Part shown: one piece after another, positions 55,240-64,000 of the stretch
How positions within the stretch are numbered: the first letter of the stretch is position 1
Layout of the letters: every line of letters starts with the position of its first letter
Source: the human T2T-CHM13v2.0 reference genome, Homo sapiens
Direction: 5' to 3' (one strand)
Length of the DNA stretch: 64,000 nucleotides
Assembly: GCF_009914755.1 (NCBI RefSeq)
Contig: NC_060930.1
The notes under the pieces: generated by a model
Told to the model about the DNA's origin: nothing
Seen by the model: only the letters and a program-made list of their open reading frames with translations
Databases searched by the model: none
Position numbers and translations under genes: made by a program

Positions 55240-55550
55240 TTAATTATTATTGAGCTCTTTCTATGCAGTAGATAATTATTTTGGCAAATATAAATACTTT
55301 TCTTCTGACCATTAATGCTTGTACTTTAGTATAATTAAAAAGAAATACATACTGAAGATAAAAGGTATAATAGACAAGAAATGGCAAGGCAGAGGAGGGA
55401 GCAACTCAGTTTGCTTCTGTGAGTCAGAGAAGCACTTTTGTTGAGTTCTAAAAGGAGAAAAATTAATCTCCAAGCAGAGAGAATATTTTGGGGAGGAGTG
55501 GGTGAGGACAAAGGTGAAAGTATTTGCAAAAGACTACACAATCTTTAGTG
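55240..55550 (-). mobile_element. L2 fragment
   Basis: ttattgagctctttctatgc...agtcagagaagcacttttgttgagttctaaaagg...tttgcaaaagact. Confidence 0.6.
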
Positions 55551-57937
55551 TGGAGATTTATTATGGTTATATTATAGCTTAGAGGCCAATGACTCTCTCT
55601 TCCTTGTGAAACATATCCTGAATGTTGAAATTGTCAGGTAACTGTACTCTAAATGAAGATGAGAGACAGAATTGAAGTGTGTTTGTACTGATGATCAGTG
55701 GATAAATAGATTTTTAAAAGGAAGAATTTTCAGTACCAGAAGGATATGATGAGAGGCTAGTTTACTCACACCAGGATTCTAGCTGAAACTCAGATAATAG
55801 TTTGCATACACAAAGGAACTGGTCTTTATCAGAATATTACATATATATGTATATATATATATAATATTTAAATTAACTGGTCCACCAACTTAGATTTAAA
55901 TAACATTATTGAAAATTATATACATCAAACAATAAACTACATCATTATCAATAAACATTAGGTTATCCATATACTCATATAAGAAAAAAAGTATTTCTAC
56001 ACAATAGATTATTTTTTTATATTTGCAAGTTGAATAATATTTTTGTTATGAGTAAATGACCTTCTAAATGTCAATATCCTTACGCCTGTCATAGTTTCTG
56101 CCAATTAATCATGTGCTGATAAGGCAGCAGTATGGGTGCTGGGACATATCAGCCTTGTTTTTGAGATATCTCTGTTCTCTGCATTGTTGAGCCTCTTTTT
56201 TATAGCTTACCTTTTAGATTTCACTAGTTGCCCACATACTGTGAGCAGTTTATCCGCTGGTTGTGATGGAAATAAAAGCATAGCTAGTTTCAAAGGTTCC
56301 CTTGAATAATCATTCTATGCTTAAGTTTCTCTCAATTTTAGGGTGATAGAAATGTATGCTTTTCTTATTTCCCCCATGTAAGTTTCTTGTCTCTAATCCT
56401 TAATGTAAGGATGTGCCAAACATTTGTGTTTTAAAGGAATAAAAGCTGGCATTGAATAAAACGCAATGGACAACACTGCCATAAAATAAAGTATTTAAAT
56501 TTAAAAATAAAGCCCATCTGGCAACTGCCAGTATCAACAAAAAGAAACCACAACAAGGAGAAGAGGAGACACTCCTCAAAAGAGGAAAAAAAATGCGGCA
56601 ATTGAATTTGGGGGCTTGTGTTTTCATCCTCATTATATTTCTCTTTGGAGTGGGGTAGCTCTAGGCAAAGATTTAAATGTTGGATTGAGCAGTATTTTTT
56701 TCCTGTGGAATGTCTCCAGGGAATCTCTGAGTGTGTTCCAAATTCAAGCCATTGTAATCTCCTTGCACGATGCGACATATGGAGCGGCAGATTTGTGCAG
56801 GATGGTGTTGTGCAGATGTAGGATGGTGATGATGCTACACCGTGGAGCTGAAGATAGCATCTAGGGGTGTTCAAAACTATCAGTTTCACTCCTTGGTTTG
56901 AAAAAAGTAGAAATAAATGAAACTTGAGAAAATGATGATGCCTAGAGGAAAATAGCATAACATTGAAACACTTAATGGTCAAATGGAACCTGAAACCAAG
57001 TTAGGCAAAAAAGACCTGGATTGATAACAGAAATCATACTTGGTATGTGTCTGAAATGAGGTGTGGCATTTGAAAATGTGATTCTTTGCAATATCTTGAC
57101 TCACTGATATCTTACTCAGATTGCATACCTAAGTGGTAGTGGTGGCAAAATGTTGATGAGTTAGGGGACAGAGAGGGAGAAAAAACAAAACAAAACAAAA
57201 CAAAAAACTAAACATGAAAGAAGAATGGATTTTAAAAATCTTGTTAAAAACGAGGAGACATTTATTGACAAGTTCTGTAAGTGTAAGAGGAATTTATATG
57301 AATCTCTCTAATATTATGTTATTAAGGCTAATGAGAAGATTTTACATAAAAAATAGACATATATAGGCCATTAGGTCAACATGACACTAAGGAGACTGCA
57401 TTAGAAGAGTCTCTGAAATTCTAAAGGGAAAGTTTAAAATTTGCCATTTAAGAAAATTTTTAGAACTCTGTCTTACTCCTCAAGTTACTTCACCAAAATT
57501 CAAGTTGGCAGGAAAGAAAGAGTTGGCATTTGGACCACTCACAAGGCAAAAGACTAAAGATCTTTACTTTCCAACTCATTTATTCATGCATCCTACAAGT
57601 ATTGTGTACAAACCATGGACCAGTTATCAATATAGTAATAATGCCTGTTTTAATACCCAAAAGATTAAGGTTAATATAAAGCAAACAGCTTTATTTTTCT
57701 TTTTCTTTTTTTTTTTTTAATTTTTTTTTTTTATTATACTCTAAGTTTTAGGGTACATGTGCACATTGTGCAGGTTAGTTACATATGTATACATGTGCCA
57801 TGCTGGTGCGCTGCACCCACTAACGTGTCATCTAGCATTAGGTATATCTCCCAATGCTATCCCTCCCCCCTCCCCCGACCCCACCACAGTCCCCAGAGTG
57901 TGATATTCCCCTTCCTGTGTCCATGTGATCTCACTGT

Positions 57938-61789
<3,852 letters not shown>

Positions 61790-61828
61790 TCATTAGTTGA
61801 TGCAGTTTCTTCCTAGTCTCGATGGTCT

Positions 61829-62845
61829 TTACATTTTGGCATGATTTTGCAGCGGCTGGTACTGGTTGTTCCTTTCCATGTTTAGCACTTCCTTCAGGAG
61901 CTCTTTTAGGGCAGGCCTGGTGGTGACAAAATCTCTCAGCATTTGCTTGTCTATAAAGTATTTTATTTCTCCTTCACTTATGAAGCTTAGTTTGGCTGGA
62001 TATGAAATTCTGGGTTGAAAATTCTTTTCTTTAAGAATGTTGAATATTGGCCCCCACTCTCTTCTGGCTTGTAGGGTTTCTGCCGAGAGATCCGCTGTTA
62101 GTCTGATGGGCTTTCCTTTGAGGGTAACCCGACCTTTCTCTCTGGCTGCCCTTAACATTTTTTCCTTCATTTCAACTTTGGTGAATCTGACAATTATGTG
62201 TCTTGGAGTTGCTCTTCTCGAGGAGTATCTTTGTGGCGTTCTCTGTATTTCCTGAATCTGAACGTTGGCCTGCCTTGCTAGATTGGGGAAGTTCTCCTGG
62301 ATAATATCCTGCAGAGTGTTTTCCAACTTGGTTCCATTCTCCCCATCACTTTCAGGTACACCAATCAGACGTAGATTTGGTCTTTTCACATAGTCCCATA
62401 TTTCTTGGAGGCTTTGCTCATTTCTTTTTATTCTTTTTTCTCTAAACTTCCCTTCTCACTTCATTTCATTCATTTCATCTTCCATTGCTGATACCCTTTC
62501 TTCCAGTTGATTGCATCGGCTCCTGAGGCTTCTGCGTTCTTCACGTAGTTCTCGAGCCTTGGTTTTCAGCTCCATCAGCTCCTTTAAGCACTTCTCTGTA
62601 TTGGTTATTCTAGTTATACATTCTTCTAAATTTTTTTCAAAGTTTTCAACTTCTTTGCCTTTGGTTTGAATGTCCTCCCGTAGCTCAGAGTAATTTGATC
62701 GTCTGAAGCCTTCTTCTCTCAGCTCGTCAAAGTCATTGTCCATCCAGCTTTGTTCTGTTGCTGGTGAGTAACTGCGTTCCTTTGGAGGAGGAGAGGTGCT
62801 CTGCGTTTTAGAGTTTCCAGTTTTTCTGTTCTGTTTTTTCCCCAT
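61829..62845 (-). pseudogene. L1 ORF1: LINE-1 ORF1p with a single premature stop (R130*)
   Basis: The 1017-nt frame equals 338 codons plus stop. It is split into the 129-aa and 186-aa track ORFs by TGA at 62456-62458, where the consensus has CGA. REKG, ARR and YPAKLS motifs are retained downstream. Confidence 0.95.
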
Positions 62846-63751
62846 CTTTGTGGTTTTATCTACTTTTGGTCTTTGATGATGGTGATGTACAGATGGGTTT
62901 TCGGTGTAGATGTCCTTTCTGGTTGTTAGTTTTCCTTCTAACAGACAGGACCCTCAGCTGCAGGTCTGTTGGAATACCCTGCCGTGTGAGGTGTCAGTGT
63001 GCCCCTGCTGGGGGTTGCCTCCCAGTTAGGCTGCTCGGGGGTCAGGGGTCAGGGACCCACTTGAGGAGGCAGTCTGCCCGTTCTCAGATCTCCAGCTGCG
63101 TGCTGGGAGAACCACTGCTCTCTTCAAAGCTGTCAGACAGGGACACTTAAGTCTGCAGAGGTTACTGCTGTCTTTTTGTTTGTCTGTGCCCTGCCCCCAG
63201 AGGTGGAGCCTATAGAGGCAGGCAGGCCTCCTTGAGCTGTGGTGGGCTCCACCCAGTTCGAGCTTCCCGGCTGCTTTGTTTACCTAAGCAAGCCTGGGCA
63301 ATGGCGGGCGCCCCTCCCCCAGCCTCGTTGCCGCCTTGCAGTTTGATCTCAGACTGCTGTGCTAGCAATCAGCGAGATTCCGTGGGCGTAGGACCCTCTG
63401 AGCCAGGTGTGGGATACAGTCTCGTGGTGCGCCGTTTCTTAAGCCGGTCTGAAAAGCGCAATATTCGGGTGGGAGTGACCCGATTTTCCAGGTGCGTCCG
63501 TCACCCCTTTCTTTGACTCGGAAAGGGAACTCCCTGACCCCTTGCGTTTCCCAGGTGAGGCAATGCCTCGCCCTGCTTCGGCTCGCGCACGGTGCGCGCA
63601 CACACTGGCCTGCGCCCACTGTCTGGCACTCCCTAGTGAGATGAACCCGGTACCTCAGATGGAAATGCAGAAATCACCCGTCTTCTGCGTCGCTCACGCT
63701 GGGAGCTGTAGACCGGAGCTGTTCCTATTCGGCCATCTTGGCTCCACTCTC
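62846..63751 (-). promoter_or_regulatory. L1 5' UTR: internal sense promoter, antisense promoter, CpG-rich
   Basis: YY1 site (ggccatcttg at 63731-63740) intact. Dense CpGs at 63260-63735. Confidence 0.9.
63301..63516 (+). CDS. L1 ORF0: LINE-1 ORF0 (antisense, 71 aa)
   Basis: ATG at 63301. MAGAPPPASLPPCSLISDCCASNQRDSVGVGPSEPG...RCVRHPFL* has the known ORF0 length and sequence. Confidence 0.9.
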   Translation: MAGAPPPASLPPCSLISDCCASNQRDSVGVGPSEPGVGYSLVVRRFLSRSEKRNIRVGVTRFSRCVRHPFL

Positions 63752-64000
63752 CTTTATTTTTCTTAAGCTTTAGGTTTAAACATTCAAAATAGTATTGTTT
63801 TTCCTATTGAGAATGTCAAATTATAAGCCATAAATTCAAGGGATAATTTTGTATTGTTAATGTCAGAGAAATGCTTTTTGATTTTAGTTTGTTTAGTCTC
63901 AGTATGAGTTACTTTTGGGATACTTTAATATAATAATTCTGGCACAGAATCTACTACAGATTTCAGTGTTCTCTATTTTCATTTCACTCAATGTATTAAA

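Noticed and set aside
56431-56982. 183-aa minus-strand ORF
   Set aside because: No recognisable domain, composition looks like translated non-coding DNA, its 5' part overlaps a probable MIR relic, and there is no exon support.
57820-57830. Assignment of the full-length L1 to Ta or L1PA2
   Set aside because: The diagnostic trinucleotide is ACG, not ACA (Ta) or GAG (L1PA2), so it is pre-Ta.

Overview
This is AT-rich human genomic DNA, intergenic or deep intronic; I recognise no host-gene exon, RNA gene or prokaryotic feature. Roughly half of the window is transposon-derived, and nearly all short ORFs in the supplied track are by-products of Alu, L1 and LTR sequence. The dominant feature is a full-length, minus-strand L1HS (57702-63751) with a 13-bp TSD and the pre-Ta ACG/G diagnostics. 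It has an intact 1275-aa ORF2, an intact 71-aa antisense ORF0, and an ORF1 broken by one CGA>TGA nonsense change at codon 130. A second major structure is an old mosaic L1 (about 25060-33380) with a duplicated endonuclease region and a templated re-copy of its own 5' junction. That element carries five nested insertions: MER75 piggyBac, an L1PA 3' end with a ~500-bp deletion, THE1, Alu and LTR12. The window also holds a full MST MaLR provirus, 11 Alus, several solo LTRs, MER1B, L2/MIR relics and simple repeats. I found no convincing new biological system; the noteworthy signals concern retroelement biology and local repair or template-switch scars. Subfamily calls come from recalled consensus sequences and need RepeatMasker/Dfam confirmation.
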